Part shown: positions 15,885 to 25,471 of the stretch, one piece after another
How positions within the stretch are numbered: the first letter of the stretch is position 1
Layout of the letters: every line of letters starts with the position of its first letter
NCBI GenBank assembly: GCA_903859215.1
Contig: CAIOLW010000051.1
Span: 2,482 to 66,481, forward strand
Source of the DNA: an uncultured bacterium
GTDB taxonomy: Bacteria; Krumholzibacteriota; Krumholzibacteriia; LZORAL124-64-63
DNA: 64,000 bases
Direction of reading: 5' to 3'
Position numbers and translations under genes: made by a program
The notes under the pieces: generated by a model
What the model saw: only the letters and a program-made list of their open reading frames with translations
Told to the model about the DNA's origin: nothing
Databases searched by the model: none

Positions 15885-17756
15885 CTATTTGACGAGCAAC
15901 AGTCGCCGGCTGTCGCTCGCGCCGCCGGCGCGCATGCGCAGGACGTAGAGCCCCGAGCCGAGCGCGCGACCCGCATCGTCCCGGCCGTCCCAGGTCACGA
16001 CATGTTGCCCCGGGTCCAGTGTTTCGTCCAGCAGTTCCCGCACCCGGCGACCGGCGGCGTCATACACGTCCAGCAGCACGGGACCGGCAACCGGGAGCAC
16101 AAGGCGGATCGACGTCGACGGGTTGAACGGGTTCGGCGCCGGGTCGAGCAGTTGCGCCACGCCGTGGGGGACATCGGTCGGCAATCCCGAAGTGGTGGGG
16201 ACGTACTTCACGGTGACGTTGTCCGCGAAGAAGATGGGGCCATAGTCCTGGCACAGCAGTCCCGGCGATTGCCAGTGCACGACGACGTGGTTGAACCCGC
16301 CCGGCGCCACAAGTGTCAGCGTGGCCGACGGGTAGATGCCCGGCACCGGCGCGACCATCGTGTTCGTGCCGGCGAGGACGCCGTTCAGGTACCCCGTCAC
16401 GCGCATCGTGGCCGAAGTGTCGCAGGCGAGCTCGTCCACCGCGTAGAGGATGGAGAAGTCGGTGACCACTTTGTCGAAGTCGATCAGCAGGTCCGAAGCG
16501 AAGACGCTGCTCGGGTACGCGTAGTTCCCCGACATCCCGGCCGGGGCGATACCCAGCGTGCCGACCGACTGGATGGAGTAGCCGCCCGCGAACTGCGCGC
16601 CGACGATGCCGTTCGACACGTTGATCGGGAACGGCGTGCCCGCCGGTGTGGAGTCGAAATCAAACGTCGCGAAGTCGGGCGCCGAGGCGAAGAAGGCCGT
16701 GATCTGCAGGTCGTATGCCGCGGGGAACGAGATCGTCGACGTCAGGCTGCCGTCCGACCAGCCCGTGAACACGAATCCGTGCGCAGGTATGGCGGTCAGC
16801 GTGACCGTCTGCCCGTCATTGAACGTGCCGCCGCCGGTTGCCGCGCCGCCGTAGGCGGGGTAGACCGACGTGACGACGGTCCAGGCGGCGGTGAAGTTCG
16901 CCGTCAGCGACCGGTTGGCCGCAGCGGGGAACGTGTAGTGGGCGTTCGTGCTGACGACAGATGCGCCCTCGGTCCAGTTGAGGAAGCCCCAGCCCGGTCC
17001 GGCGGTCGCCTGCAGCGACACCGTCGAGCCGAGGGGATAGGCGCCGGCGCCGGAGACCGTGCCTGCGGCCGCCGGCTGGACAGCGGTGGCGATGGTCGCC
17101 GTGGGGGCATCCGAGGCCACGAGTGAAAACGCGAGGTCCTGCGGCGGTGCCTGGTAGTTGCTGCCCGTGATGTAGCGGAAGTGACCGTTGTTGCCGCCGG
17201 TGCCCGTGGCCAGGCCCCAGTCGGGCGCATAGGACGGGGCCGCCGCGCCCTGCGAGGCGACGATACGTACCCAGTATTTCACGCCGCCGGTCGCCGGGAA
17301 AGGTGATGGCAGGGTGTAAACGTAGTCGTCCAGCGCGACGCCGCCGAAAGTGCCGGCAGGGGTCTCTCCCGCATTGCCGCCGACGTAGTAGCGGACCAAC
17401 TGGCCGCCGGCGGCGAGGTCGGGCTGCGAGCCGCCGCCGATCGACCGGTAGATCGAGACCTCGAAATCGGACACCGGCGCCTGCCCCGTGCCTGCCGGGT
17501 GGTACTCGTAGCCGCCACGCCAGTGCACCTCGGTGATGGAGGCATCGGCCGACAGCGTGAAGTTGTCCCAGCAGTAGGCATCGCCGTCCAGGCCATCGGG
17601 CGGGTACCACGACGACTTGTGGAGCGTGCCGGTCCCCGCATGCGATTGAGCGAAGACGGCGGCGGCGTTGGCTGTGCCGGCGTCGGCCATTGACAGGCAG
17701 GCCAGTGTCAGGCAGGCCAGTGGCAGACAGGCCAAGGCGATGGCGGGACGCTTCAT
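15885..17756 (-). CDS. secreted protein with divergent InlB B-repeat-like modules and FlgD-Ig/T9SS-type CTD
   Basis: Signal peptide with (LACLx)3. Repeats GTVSGAGAYPLGSTVSLQATAGPGWGFLNWTEG and GGGTFNDGQTVTLTAIPAHGFVFTGWSDG. The CTD reads NPFNPSTSIRL...LDVYDAAGRRVREL...TWDGRDDAGRALGSGLYVLRM...RLLLVK. Confidence 0.82.
   Translation of the reverse strand: MKRPAIALACLPLACLTLACLSMADAGTANAAAVFAQSHAGTGTLHKSSWYPPDGLDGDAYCWDNFTLSADASITEVHWRGGYEYHPAGTGQAPVSDFEVSIYRSIGGGSQPDLAAGGQLVRYYVGGNAGETPAGTFGGVALDDYVYTLPSPFPATGGVKYWVRIVASQGAAAPSYAPDWGLATGTGGNNGHFRYITGSNYQAPPQDLAFSLVASDAPTATIATAVQPAAAGTVSGAGAYPLGSTVSLQATAGPGWGFLNWTEGASVVSTNAHYTFPAAANRSLTANFTAAWTVVTSVYPAYGGAATGGGTFNDGQTVTLTAIPAHGFVFTGWSDGSLTSTISFPAAYDLQITAFFASAPDFATFDFDSTPAGTPFPINVSNGIVGAQFAGGYSIQSVGTLGIAPAGMSGNYAYPSSVFASDLLIDFDKVVTDFSILYAVDELACDTSATMRVTGYLNGVLAGTNTMVAPVPGIYPSATLTLVAPGGFNHVVVHWQSPGLLCQDYGPIFFADNVTVKYVPTTSGLPTDVPHGVAQLLDPAPNPFNPSTSIRLVLPVAGPVLLDVYDAAGRRVRELLDETLDPGQHVVTWDGRDDAGRALGSGLYVLRMRAGGASDSRRLLLVK
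17691..17735 (-). repeat. 15-bp in-frame tandem repeat x3 encoding LACLP-LACLT-LACLS in a signal peptide
   Basis: The + strand reads TGACAGGCAGGCCAG / TGTCAGGCAGGCCAG / TGGCAGACAGGCCAA. Confidence 0.9.
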
Positions 17757-18074
17757 GGCGGGCCTCCGGGTGATGATCGGTCGGCTGTCGGCGTTTCGAT
17801 GCTGATCGCGCGGATACTAGTTTATTTTACTCTCAGTTTCTACCCAAAATGAATTGGGAGAGTCATTATCGGCAACATATTGCTAAATAATAGATTAACT
17901 GTATTCCACGATGTCGATGACGACCGTCACGTCGTCCGCGAATCGTCCGATCCGTTGTTTCAGGCCCGCAGGACCGCAAGGATCCGGTCGCCCGTCAGCA
18001 CTGCCGACAGGATCGTCTGCGCCAGGTACTGCAGGCTTGCGGGGTTGAGCAGGAACTGGGGCGTCGTGGCGTGG

Positions 18075-19760
18075 TCAATCGCCCGAAACCCGCGCCCGCA
18101 ATTCCGTCCGCAGCACCTTCATCATGCTGCTCTTGGGCAGCTCGGTGACGATGTCGAAATGCCGCGGCACCTTGTACGCCGAGAGCAGCTTGCGGCAGTG
18201 CTCGCGCAGTTCCTCAGCCGTCACGGCCATCCCCGGCCGCAGCACCACATACGAGCGCACCACCTCGCCGCGCTGCGGGTCGGGCACGCCGATCGTCGCC
18301 GCCTCGAGGACCGCGGGGTGCGCCACCAGCACGCCGTCCACCTCGTCCGGGTACACGTTGCAGCCGTTGACGATGATCATGTCCTTCTTGCGGCCGACGA
18401 TGGCGCAGTAGCCGTCCTCGTCGATGCGCGCCAGGTCGCCGGAATAGACCCAGCCGTCGCGTAATGTCTGCGCCGTTTCCTCGGGCCGGTTCCAGTAGCC
18501 CTTCATGACCTGCGGGCCGCGCAGGCAGAGTTCGCCCTCCTCGCCGGGGCCCAGTTCGAGCAGGCCGGTCTCGATGTCGACGACCTTGTGGTCGGTGCCC
18601 GGCATCGGCACGCCGACGGTGCCCGGCTTGCGCAGGCCGTTCAGCGGGTTGCCGTGCGTGACGGGCGACGTCTCGGTCATCCCGAAGCCCTCGGTGATGC
18701 GCCCGCCGGTCAGCGACTCAAAGCGCTTGAGCACCTCGACCGGCAAGGGCGCCGAACCCGAGAAGCAGCCCTTGATGCTCGTGATGTCGAGCTTGTCGAT
18801 GTTCGGGTAGTTGTTGATGGCGATGTAGAGGGCCGGCACCGCCGGGAACATCGACACGCGGTAGCGGCGGATGCTGGCCACGAGGTCGTCGATGTCGCGC
18901 GGGTTCGGCGCCAGCACGATCTGGAAGCCGGCCATCACCGGCCAGAGCATCGCCACCGTCATGCCGAAGACGTGGAAGAAGGGCAGGCAGGCGATCGTGA
19001 CTTCCTTGCCCTCTTCGGCCTCGTGGAACCACATGCCGCACTGCTGGGCGTTCACCGAGATGTTGCGGTGGGTGAGCATGGCGCCCTTCGAGACGCCGGT
19101 CGTGCCGCCGGTGTACTGCAGCAGGGCCACGTGGTCCAGCGGCAGGTACGGGCCGTGCGCGATGGGTGCGTTCCCCTTGACGAGGTCGCGGAAGAAGTGG
19201 ACCCCCGGCTCGGGCTTTACGCGCACGTACTGCCCGGTCTTCTTCAGCTTCAGCGGCGCCAGGACGTTGAGCGGGAACGGCAGGTACTCGGGGATCGAGG
19301 TGACGACCACGTGCTTGACCGGCGTCTTGCCGAGGATGCCGCGCAGCTTGCCCGCCCACAGGTAGTCGAGCGTGACGACGACCGACACGCCGGCGTCGTT
19401 GAACTGGTACTCGAGCTCGCGCTCGACGTAGAGCGGGTTCGTATTGACGACCTGCGCGCCCAGGCGCAGCGTCGCGAAGTGGGCGATCACCATCTGCGGC
19501 AGGTTGGGCAGCCACAGCGCGACGCGGCTGTCCTTGCCGACGCCGAGCTTCGCCAGGCCAGCGGCGAAGCGGTCCACCTGGTCCTGCAGTTCGGCATAGG
19601 TGAGGGTGCGGCCCTTGAACGTGACGGCGGGCCGCTGGGCCCATTTCACGGCGGAGGCGTCGAGGAACTCGACCACCGTCTGCTCGCGGAAGACCGGCTC
19701 GGCCGGGACGGCCGGCTCGTAGTGCTTCGTCCAGGGGCGGGGATTGGCGGGTCCGGTCAT
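18075..19760 (-). CDS. fadD: long-chain-fatty-acid--CoA ligase (AMP-binding enzyme)
   Basis: ATG at 19760 (MTGPANPRPW...) preceded by GGGAGGA. AMP-binding motifs LQYTGGTTGVSKGAMLTH, GFGMTETSP, YSGDLARIDEDGY and KKDMIIVNGCNVYP. Confidence 0.92.
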   Translation of the reverse strand: MTGPANPRPWTKHYEPAVPAEPVFREQTVVEFLDASAVKWAQRPAVTFKGRTLTYAELQDQVDRFAAGLAKLGVGKDSRVALWLPNLPQMVIAHFATLRLGAQVVNTNPLYVERELEYQFNDAGVSVVVTLDYLWAGKLRGILGKTPVKHVVVTSIPEYLPFPLNVLAPLKLKKTGQYVRVKPEPGVHFFRDLVKGNAPIAHGPYLPLDHVALLQYTGGTTGVSKGAMLTHRNISVNAQQCGMWFHEAEEGKEVTIACLPFFHVFGMTVAMLWPVMAGFQIVLAPNPRDIDDLVASIRRYRVSMFPAVPALYIAINNYPNIDKLDITSIKGCFSGSAPLPVEVLKRFESLTGGRITEGFGMTETSPVTHGNPLNGLRKPGTVGVPMPGTDHKVVDIETGLLELGPGEEGELCLRGPQVMKGYWNRPEETAQTLRDGWVYSGDLARIDEDGYCAIVGRKKDMIIVNGCNVYPDEVDGVLVAHPAVLEAATIGVPDPQRGEVVRSYVVLRPGMAVTAEELREHCRKLLSAYKVPRHFDIVTELPKSSMMKVLRTELRARVSGD

Positions 19761-20043
19761 CGGGTTCCTCCCGTGGCAAATGTTGGATTCGCGACATACT
19801 TGCAAGTCGGCAACCGATCCATCAAGTCAGAAATTCAATGGATTCCATGCGTTGTCGGCGCTCGCGGCGACTCCGACTCGTCGGGCGGCAGTCCACTATT
19901 GTGTCCCGCCGGCCATTCAATGGTGATATCATCCCGGCCGAAAGCGCTTCCACGTTTCCGGCCCGCCGCCGCCCCGGCGCGCCGCCGACCAGCACGGGTG
20001 CCCCGCTCCATGCGGGCGGGACACCGGAAAGGTTCGGTGGACC

Positions 20044-22467
20044 ATGTGCCGTTCCGCGCTCTTCCCGATTCCCCTCTCCGTCGCCCTCGCCTGCACTCTC
20101 GCCCTGGTCCCGCTGCCTGCGTCGGCCGGCGGCCCGCCGACGTTCTGCTCGATTTCCGCCGCCTACAGCGACAGCTACGCGCCGTGGGCGGAAAGCTGGT
20201 CGTCGTACGAGACCTTCGCCGGCACCGAGTGCGAACCGATGTCCATCGCCATGGCCTACATCGTCAAGGGCGAGGGCAACATTCCCAGCGGCTACTCCGG
20301 CGTCTCGGCCGGCGACAACTCCAAGGCGTTCGCGAACGTCCATCGCATCGTTCCGCGCGGGAAGCTGCCGGCCGGCTTCAAGGCGGACTGCATCCCGTGG
20401 AAAGCAAACATCCGCTACCGGCTGGCGCTGGGCGATGGCGTCGGGGGCGCGGTGCTGGGCTCACTGCAGGCAGTCCTGTCGATGCCCGACGGCAACCAGT
20501 TCGTGACGGCGCCCGCGGGCCAACTCAATGCCCACGCCGACACCGTGCTCAGCGGCTGCATCCCGGCGGCGCTCGTGCTGGAGAAGAAAGCCTCGTTCTC
20601 AAGCCACCTGCGCGCCTACGTCCACCTCGAGATCTCCAACGCGATGGAACCCAACGTGTCGTTCGAGGCGCAGGCGATCGGTGATCCCCTGGTCACGATC
20701 GACCCGACGTGGTCGGACGCCGCGCTGTTCATGGTCGAGCAGGAGGACAAACTACACCCGGGCGTCTGGGCCGAGGTCGACCGCAGCTGGATGAAGGAAG
20801 TGCCGTGGACCGAGGCCACGTCCGGCCAGCTGCTGCAGCCAGGTGCCGACGTGATGGCCGCGTGGGGCGACTACGACAACGACGGCCTGCCGGATGCCTG
20901 CATCATGAACAACGCGCAGGCCAACGTGCTGCTGCACAACCTGGGTGACGGCTCTTTCGCCGACGTGACGCCGCCCGCCCTGGCGGCGGCCACGGGCGCC
21001 GTGTTCGCCCGCTGGGTCGACTACGACAACGACGGCCTGCTGGACCTCTACCTGATCCGCGGCGCCACCAGTGGCAGCACGAACCTGTTGCTGCGCAACG
21101 AAGGCGGCGGCGCCTTCACGAACGTCACGCCGACGATCCTGCAGCACCCCGGCTACAACAGCGACGCCGCCTGGGCGGACTTCGACCTTGACGGCGATCT
21201 CGATGTCTTCATCGCCAGCTGCTACTCGGGCACGAAGCTTTTGCGACAGAACGCCGACCACAGCTTCACCGACGTGACGCCGACGGCCATGATCGACACC
21301 CGCTGCGTCCAGGCCGCCGTCTGGGGCGACTACGACAATGACCGCCTGCCCGACCTCTACATGATCCTGAGCAACGGCGCCAACCGGCTGTTCCACAATG
21401 CCGGCGGCGGCGTGTTCGCCGATGTCTCGGCCGCCAGCCGGACCAACGACGCCGGCGTCAGCCACACGGCCGCCTGGGGCGACTACGACAACGATGGCCG
21501 GCTCGACCTCTACGTGGGCAACAACGGCCCCAACATGCTGTACCACAACCAGGGCGGGGGCGTCTTCGCGGACTCGAGCAGCAGCTTCACCGCCTCGGCT
21601 TCCTATGCCGTGACGTCCGCCTGGGCCGACCTCGACCTCGACGGCAATCCCGACCTCGTCACGCAGAACTGGGGCCAGCGCGGCGACGTGGTCTTCAACC
21701 TCGGCAACCACGCCTTTGACTGGGCGATGTGGCACACGTCCGGCCCCGTCGAACAGTTCGCGGGCGCCCTGTCCGTGCTGGACATCGACGGTGACGGCGA
21801 CCTGGACCTCTACTTCCCGCGCGCGGGCAACAACACGCTGCTGCGCAACGACCAGGTCCTCGGCGGGCACTGGCTGCAGGTCGACCTGCGCGGCACCGGG
21901 TCGCCTGGCGGCTCGAACCGCTTCGGCGTCGGGGCGCGCATCCGCGTCGTGGCGGCGGGCGCGCCGACGCAGATCCGCGAGGTCAGCGGCGGTCTCGGTC
22001 GCTTCAACGGCGTGCCGCTGCGGGCGCACTTCGGGCTCGGCGAGGCGGCGCGCGTCGACACGCTCGAAGTCACGTGGCCCAACGGCACGGTCACGCGCAA
22101 CGCCGTGGCGTTCACGGCCGACCGCGTCGTCACGGTGCACGAGACGGGCGAGATCTCCGGTGTCTTCGACGACCCCGGGCTGGTGCCGCGGCCCGTGCTC
22201 TTCCAGAACGCGCCGAACCCGTTCAACCCCGTGACGTTCATCCGCTACGAATTGCGCGCGCCGGCCGAGGCGCGGCTGGTCGTGTACGACGTGGCCGGTC
22301 GCGCCGTGCGCACCCTTGTGGCGGGGCTGCCGCAGGTGGCGGGTCGCTACGAGGCCGCATGGGATGGTCGCGACGATGCCGGTCGCGCCTGCGCGTCGGG
22401 CGTCTACATCTACCGCCTGGAAGCGGGCGCGGCGGCCGAGAGCGGCAAGATGGCGCTGTTGCGCTGA
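20044..22467 (+). CDS. CRTAC1/ASPIC-UnbV family FG-GAP (VCBS) repeat protein with FlgD-Ig/T9SS-type CTD
   Basis: Many WGDYDNDGLPD / WVDYDNDGLLDLY / WADFDLDGDLDVF repeats. UnbV_ASPIC-like block GSNRFGVGARIRV...REVSGG...LGEAARVDTLEVTWPNGT. The CTD reads NPFNPVTFIRY...VVYDVAGRAVRTL...WDGRDDAGRACASGVYIYRL...KMALLR. Confidence 0.9.
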   Translation: MCRSALFPIPLSVALACTLALVPLPASAGGPPTFCSISAAYSDSYAPWAESWSSYETFAGTECEPMSIAMAYIVKGEGNIPSGYSGVSAGDNSKAFANVHRIVPRGKLPAGFKADCIPWKANIRYRLALGDGVGGAVLGSLQAVLSMPDGNQFVTAPAGQLNAHADTVLSGCIPAALVLEKKASFSSHLRAYVHLEISNAMEPNVSFEAQAIGDPLVTIDPTWSDAALFMVEQEDKLHPGVWAEVDRSWMKEVPWTEATSGQLLQPGADVMAAWGDYDNDGLPDACIMNNAQANVLLHNLGDGSFADVTPPALAAATGAVFARWVDYDNDGLLDLYLIRGATSGSTNLLLRNEGGGAFTNVTPTILQHPGYNSDAAWADFDLDGDLDVFIASCYSGTKLLRQNADHSFTDVTPTAMIDTRCVQAAVWGDYDNDRLPDLYMILSNGANRLFHNAGGGVFADVSAASRTNDAGVSHTAAWGDYDNDGRLDLYVGNNGPNMLYHNQGGGVFADSSSSFTASASYAVTSAWADLDLDGNPDLVTQNWGQRGDVVFNLGNHAFDWAMWHTSGPVEQFAGALSVLDIDGDGDLDLYFPRAGNNTLLRNDQVLGGHWLQVDLRGTGSPGGSNRFGVGARIRVVAAGAPTQIREVSGGLGRFNGVPLRAHFGLGEAARVDTLEVTWPNGTVTRNAVAFTADRVVTVHETGEISGVFDDPGLVPRPVLFQNAPNPFNPVTFIRYELRAPAEARLVVYDVAGRAVRTLVAGLPQVAGRYEAAWDGRDDAGRACASGVYIYRLEAGAAAESGKMALLR

Positions 22468-22474
22468 GGTGACC

Positions 22475-23332
22475 ATGCACCCGTTCCTGATCGTGAACCC
22501 CCGGGCCGGCCGCTCGCGGCGCGGCCCGGACATCGACCGTATCCGGCGCGCCTTCGCAGCGCACGGCCTGGCGGTCGAGGTCGCCTTGACCACGAGGCCC
22601 GGCCACGCGACCGCGTTGGCCCGCCGGGCCGGGGGCGATCCGGTCGTGGCGGTGGGCGGCGACGGCACCGTGCACGAGGTGCTCCAGGGGCTGGACCTGC
22701 CGCGGCAGCGGTTTGGCGTCATCCCGTCCGGCACGGGCGACGACTTCGCCTGGCAGCACGGCATCAGTGACCATGTCGAGGCGGCGGTGGCCAGGATCGC
22801 GGCGGACCAGGAGCGGCAGGTCGACCTCGGCGAGTGGAAAGGGGGTCGCTTCCACAACAACCTCGGCTTCGGCTTCGAGGCCGACGTGAACCGGTTGAGC
22901 CACCGCGTGCGCGGCATCCGCGGGCCCGCCCTGTACTTCGCGGCGCTCGCGCGGGCGCTGGCGACGCTGCGCTCCTATCAAGTCGAACTCGCGTGGGATG
23001 AAGGATCGTTCTCGGGGAGCCTGCTGACCGGCGCGCTGCTCAACGGTCGCCGTGTGGGCGGCGCGTTCCGCCTGGCGCCGGCCGCGCGCACCGACGACGG
23101 CGCCCTCGACCTGGTCACCGTGGCGGCGATGGGCCGCCTCGGCGTGGTGACCGCGCTCGGGCCGGTGCTGCGCGGGCACGAACCGCGCGACCCGCGCATC
23201 CGGCGGGCCACGGTCACCTGGCTGCGCCTGCGCGCGGAAACGCCTGTGCCGGTCTACATGGACGGGGAGTACTGCGGGGAGCACCGTGAACTGGACGCGC
23301 GGGTGCTGCCGGCGGCGCTGCGATTGCTTTGA
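22475..23332 (+). CDS. diacylglycerol/lipid kinase family protein (YegS/BmrU-like)
   Basis: ATG at 22475 inside ORF 22316..23332. LIVNPRAGRSRRG and VVAVGGDGTVHEVLQG are typical of the DAGK catalytic domain. Confidence 0.85.
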   Translation: MHPFLIVNPRAGRSRRGPDIDRIRRAFAAHGLAVEVALTTRPGHATALARRAGGDPVVAVGGDGTVHEVLQGLDLPRQRFGVIPSGTGDDFAWQHGISDHVEAAVARIAADQERQVDLGEWKGGRFHNNLGFGFEADVNRLSHRVRGIRGPALYFAALARALATLRSYQVELAWDEGSFSGSLLTGALLNGRRVGGAFRLAPAARTDDGALDLVTVAAMGRLGVVTALGPVLRGHEPRDPRIRRATVTWLRLRAETPVPVYMDGEYCGEHRELDARVLPAALRLL

Positions 23333-23376
23333 CGGCGGGGCGCTGCGCGCGCGCCGGCGCCGACGGACGGGGAGGA

Positions 23377-24012
23377 ATGATGTCCCGGGTTTCGCGCCTC
23401 GGCGAACGCTGTCACCGGTCCCGCGTCGCGGCGCTGGCACTGCTGGCGGGCTTGATCATGTCGGCGCCGGCGCTGGCCGCGTCCCGCCTGGAGGCGATCA
23501 CCGAGTTCTCCCTCGCCTGCCGGGTGGCCGGCAGCAGCGACACGTCGACGGCCGGAGCCGACGGCAACGGCGCCGTTCTTGGCTGGGAGGGCGGGCTGTT
23601 CCTGCATGCCGATCGTCCCCTGGCCTGGGGGCCCAGCGTGTCCGTGACCGCGGGCCGGCGCAGCGCCGTCGCCGCGGCGCGGCTGAGGTTGCGCCACCGT
23701 TTCCCCGGCACCGGGCGCTATCTCGACCTGAGCCCCGGCGTGGCCTTCGCCGTCAGTCACGAAAACCGCGAGCCCGCCGGCCCCGGCCTGGTCTGCGGCG
23801 CCGACTACGGGCTGGCGCCGTGGTGCGCGGCCACGCTGCAGTTTGAACGATTGCCGATGCGGAATGGTCCGCATGGAGCGCTGACGAACCTCAACCTCGG
23901 GATGAAGGTGGGGGGCCGCACGGGTTTGCTGGCCGGCAGCGCGATGCTCGTGGCGGCGGCTCTGGCGGCGGTCGCCGTGGCCGCGGCGCTGAGCGAGAGT
24001 GGCGCGTGGTGA
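23377..24012 (+). CDS. hypothetical secreted/C-terminally anchored protein
   Basis: ATG at 23377 follows GGAGGA. Signal-like ALALLAGLIMSAPALAAS and a C-terminal TM segment LLAGSAMLVAAALAAVAVAAAL. I recognise no family. Confidence 0.55.
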   Translation: MMSRVSRLGERCHRSRVAALALLAGLIMSAPALAASRLEAITEFSLACRVAGSSDTSTAGADGNGAVLGWEGGLFLHADRPLAWGPSVSVTAGRRSAVAAARLRLRHRFPGTGRYLDLSPGVAFAVSHENREPAGPGLVCGADYGLAPWCAATLQFERLPMRNGPHGALTNLNLGMKVGGRTGLLAGSAMLVAAALAAVAVAAALSESGAW

Positions 24013-24114
24013 CGATTTTACGTCGTTAACTTGTTGATATAAAATATAATAACTGAATCGAACGATAAATCGCCTTCAACTGCTTTTTTCCGGCAACCTT
24101 TCCTCTGAATTCGA

Positions 24115-24134
24115 GTATATTACATTACTAATAC
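24115..24134. promoter_or_regulatory. candidate operator in an AT-rich island upstream of the YtrA-type GntR gene
   Basis: GTATATTACATTACTAATAC contains a tandem ATTAC-ATTAC and the short palindrome ATTA-C-TAAT, about 40 nt upstream of the GTG at 24175. The surrounding 24013-24140 is strikingly AT-rich for this DNA. Confidence 0.3.
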
Positions 24135-24174
24135 ACTAGGTCAGGCCTGGACCCGACAGACAGGAAGCACGGCC

Positions 24175-24573
24175 GTGATCCACATCGACCCGCGCGATGG
24201 AACGCCCATCTACCGCCAGATCATCGACCAGGTGAAGCGGATGGTGCTGACCGGCGGACTGGGACCCGGTGAGCAGATCGAACCGGTGGCGAGCCTCGCC
24301 GCGCGCGTGCACGTCAACCCGATGACTGTCAGCAAGGCCTACAGCGCGCTGGTGGACGCCGGTGTGCTCGAACGACGGCGGGGCGTCGGGTTGTTCGTGG
24401 CCGAGGCCGCCGTCAGCAGCACGCGCGACGACCGCGAGGACCTGCTCGACCGCGAACTGCGCAGCGCCGCGGCGCTGCTCGTGCAGATGGACATCGACGA
24501 GGACGAGGCTGCGCGGCGTTTGCGCGCGCAGATGCGGGACTTCCGCCATGAAGAGGGGATCGATCATGAGTGA
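24175..24573 (+). CDS. GntR family transcriptional regulator, short YtrA-like subfamily
   Basis: 132 aa. Winged HTH PIYRQIIDQVKRMVLTGGLGPGEQIEPVASLAARVHVNPMTVSKAYSAL. The short C-terminal helical part and the downstream ABC ATPase are typical of YtrA modules. Confidence 0.85.
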   Translation: MIHIDPRDGTPIYRQIIDQVKRMVLTGGLGPGEQIEPVASLAARVHVNPMTVSKAYSALVDAGVLERRRGVGLFVAEAAVSSTRDDREDLLDRELRSAAALLVQMDIDEDEAARRLRAQMRDFRHEEGIDHE

Positions 24574-25471
24574 GCAGCAGCCCATCGCCCGCCTGCGCGG
24601 GGTCAGCAAGCACTACGGCGCGACGCGCGCGCTCAGCGACGTCAGCCTGGACATCATGCCGGGCACCATCGTCGGCGTGCTCGGGCCCAACGGCTCGGGC
24701 AAGACCACGCTGATGGGCCACCTGCCGGGGCTGCTGCTGCCGACCAGCGGCACGGTCGAGACGTTCGGGCAGCCGGCGGCGAAGCTGGACGACGCGGCGC
24801 TCGGGCGCATCGGCTACGTCAGCCAGGAGCCGCGGCTGATGGACTGGCTGTCCGTCGGCGAGACGGTGGCGTTCGTGCGCTCGGGGCGGCCGCGCTGGGA
24901 CGAGGCTTTGTGCGCGCGCCTGCTGGCCGACTTCGAACTGGACCCGGGCAAGCGCGTCTCGGCGCTATCCCCCGGCCTTCGGCAGCGGCTGGCGATCATC
25001 CTCGCGGTGGCGCCGCGGCCCGAACTGCTGCTGCTGGACGAGCCCGCCGCCTCGCTCGACCCGGTGGCGCGGAACGACTTCCTGCGCCTGCTGATGGAAC
25101 TGATCCAGGACGGCGGCCGCACCATCCTGATCTCGTCGCACATCCTGGCCGACGTGGAGAAGGTCGTCGACACGGTGCTGGTCATCAACGGCGGGCAGGT
25201 GCACTGCCACCAGCCGCTCGACGACCTGCGCGAGTCCTACCATCGCGTCGACCTCGAGGCGGTCGGCGCCGACCTGCCCGACCCGCTGCCGCTGCCCGGC
25301 CTGCTGACGGTGACCGGCGACCGCCGGCGCGCGATGGCTGTCTGCGGCCACGTGCCGCGGCGCGACGTCGAGGATGCCGCGCGGGCGCTGGGCATCGAGG
25401 CGAAAGTGCGCGGGCTGGCGTTCGAGGAGATCTACCGGCTGATCGCGACGGCGGACGGGAGGAAGGTATGA
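24566..25471 (+). CDS. ABC transporter ATP-binding protein
   Basis: ATG at 24566 overlaps the GntR stop by 8 nt. Walker A GPNGSGKTT, signature LSPGLRQRL, Walker B LLLLDEPAASLD, and the H-loop ISSH. Confidence 0.9.
   Translation: MSEQQPIARLRGVSKHYGATRALSDVSLDIMPGTIVGVLGPNGSGKTTLMGHLPGLLLPTSGTVETFGQPAAKLDDAALGRIGYVSQEPRLMDWLSVGETVAFVRSGRPRWDEALCARLLADFELDPGKRVSALSPGLRQRLAIILAVAPRPELLLLDEPAASLDPVARNDFLRLLMELIQDGGRTILISSHILADVEKVVDTVLVINGGQVHCHQPLDDLRESYHRVDLEAVGADLPDPLPLPGLLTVTGDRRRAMAVCGHVPRRDVEDAARALGIEAKVRGLAFEEIYRLIATADGRKV

Noticed and set aside
17849-17890. A 13-codon micro-ORF (MNWESHYRQHIAK*) in the AT-rich island.
   Set aside because: It has no Shine-Dalgarno sequence and AT-rich random-looking composition. 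It cannot be supported from sequence alone.
17960-18078. A stop-free minus-strand frame just after the fadD stop (...PQFLLNPASLQYLAQTILSAVLTGDRILAVLRA*) that looks protein-like. It could be a small gene or a gene remnant.
   Set aside because: There is no ATG/GTG/TTG start with an RBS in frame, and it is under 40 codons. It could be a decayed fragment, but I cannot support it.
17880-18464. A 194-aa + strand ORF starting in the AT-rich gap and running into fadD.
   Set aside because: Most of it is antisense to the well-supported fadD gene. It has no motif and an R/H/A-rich composition.
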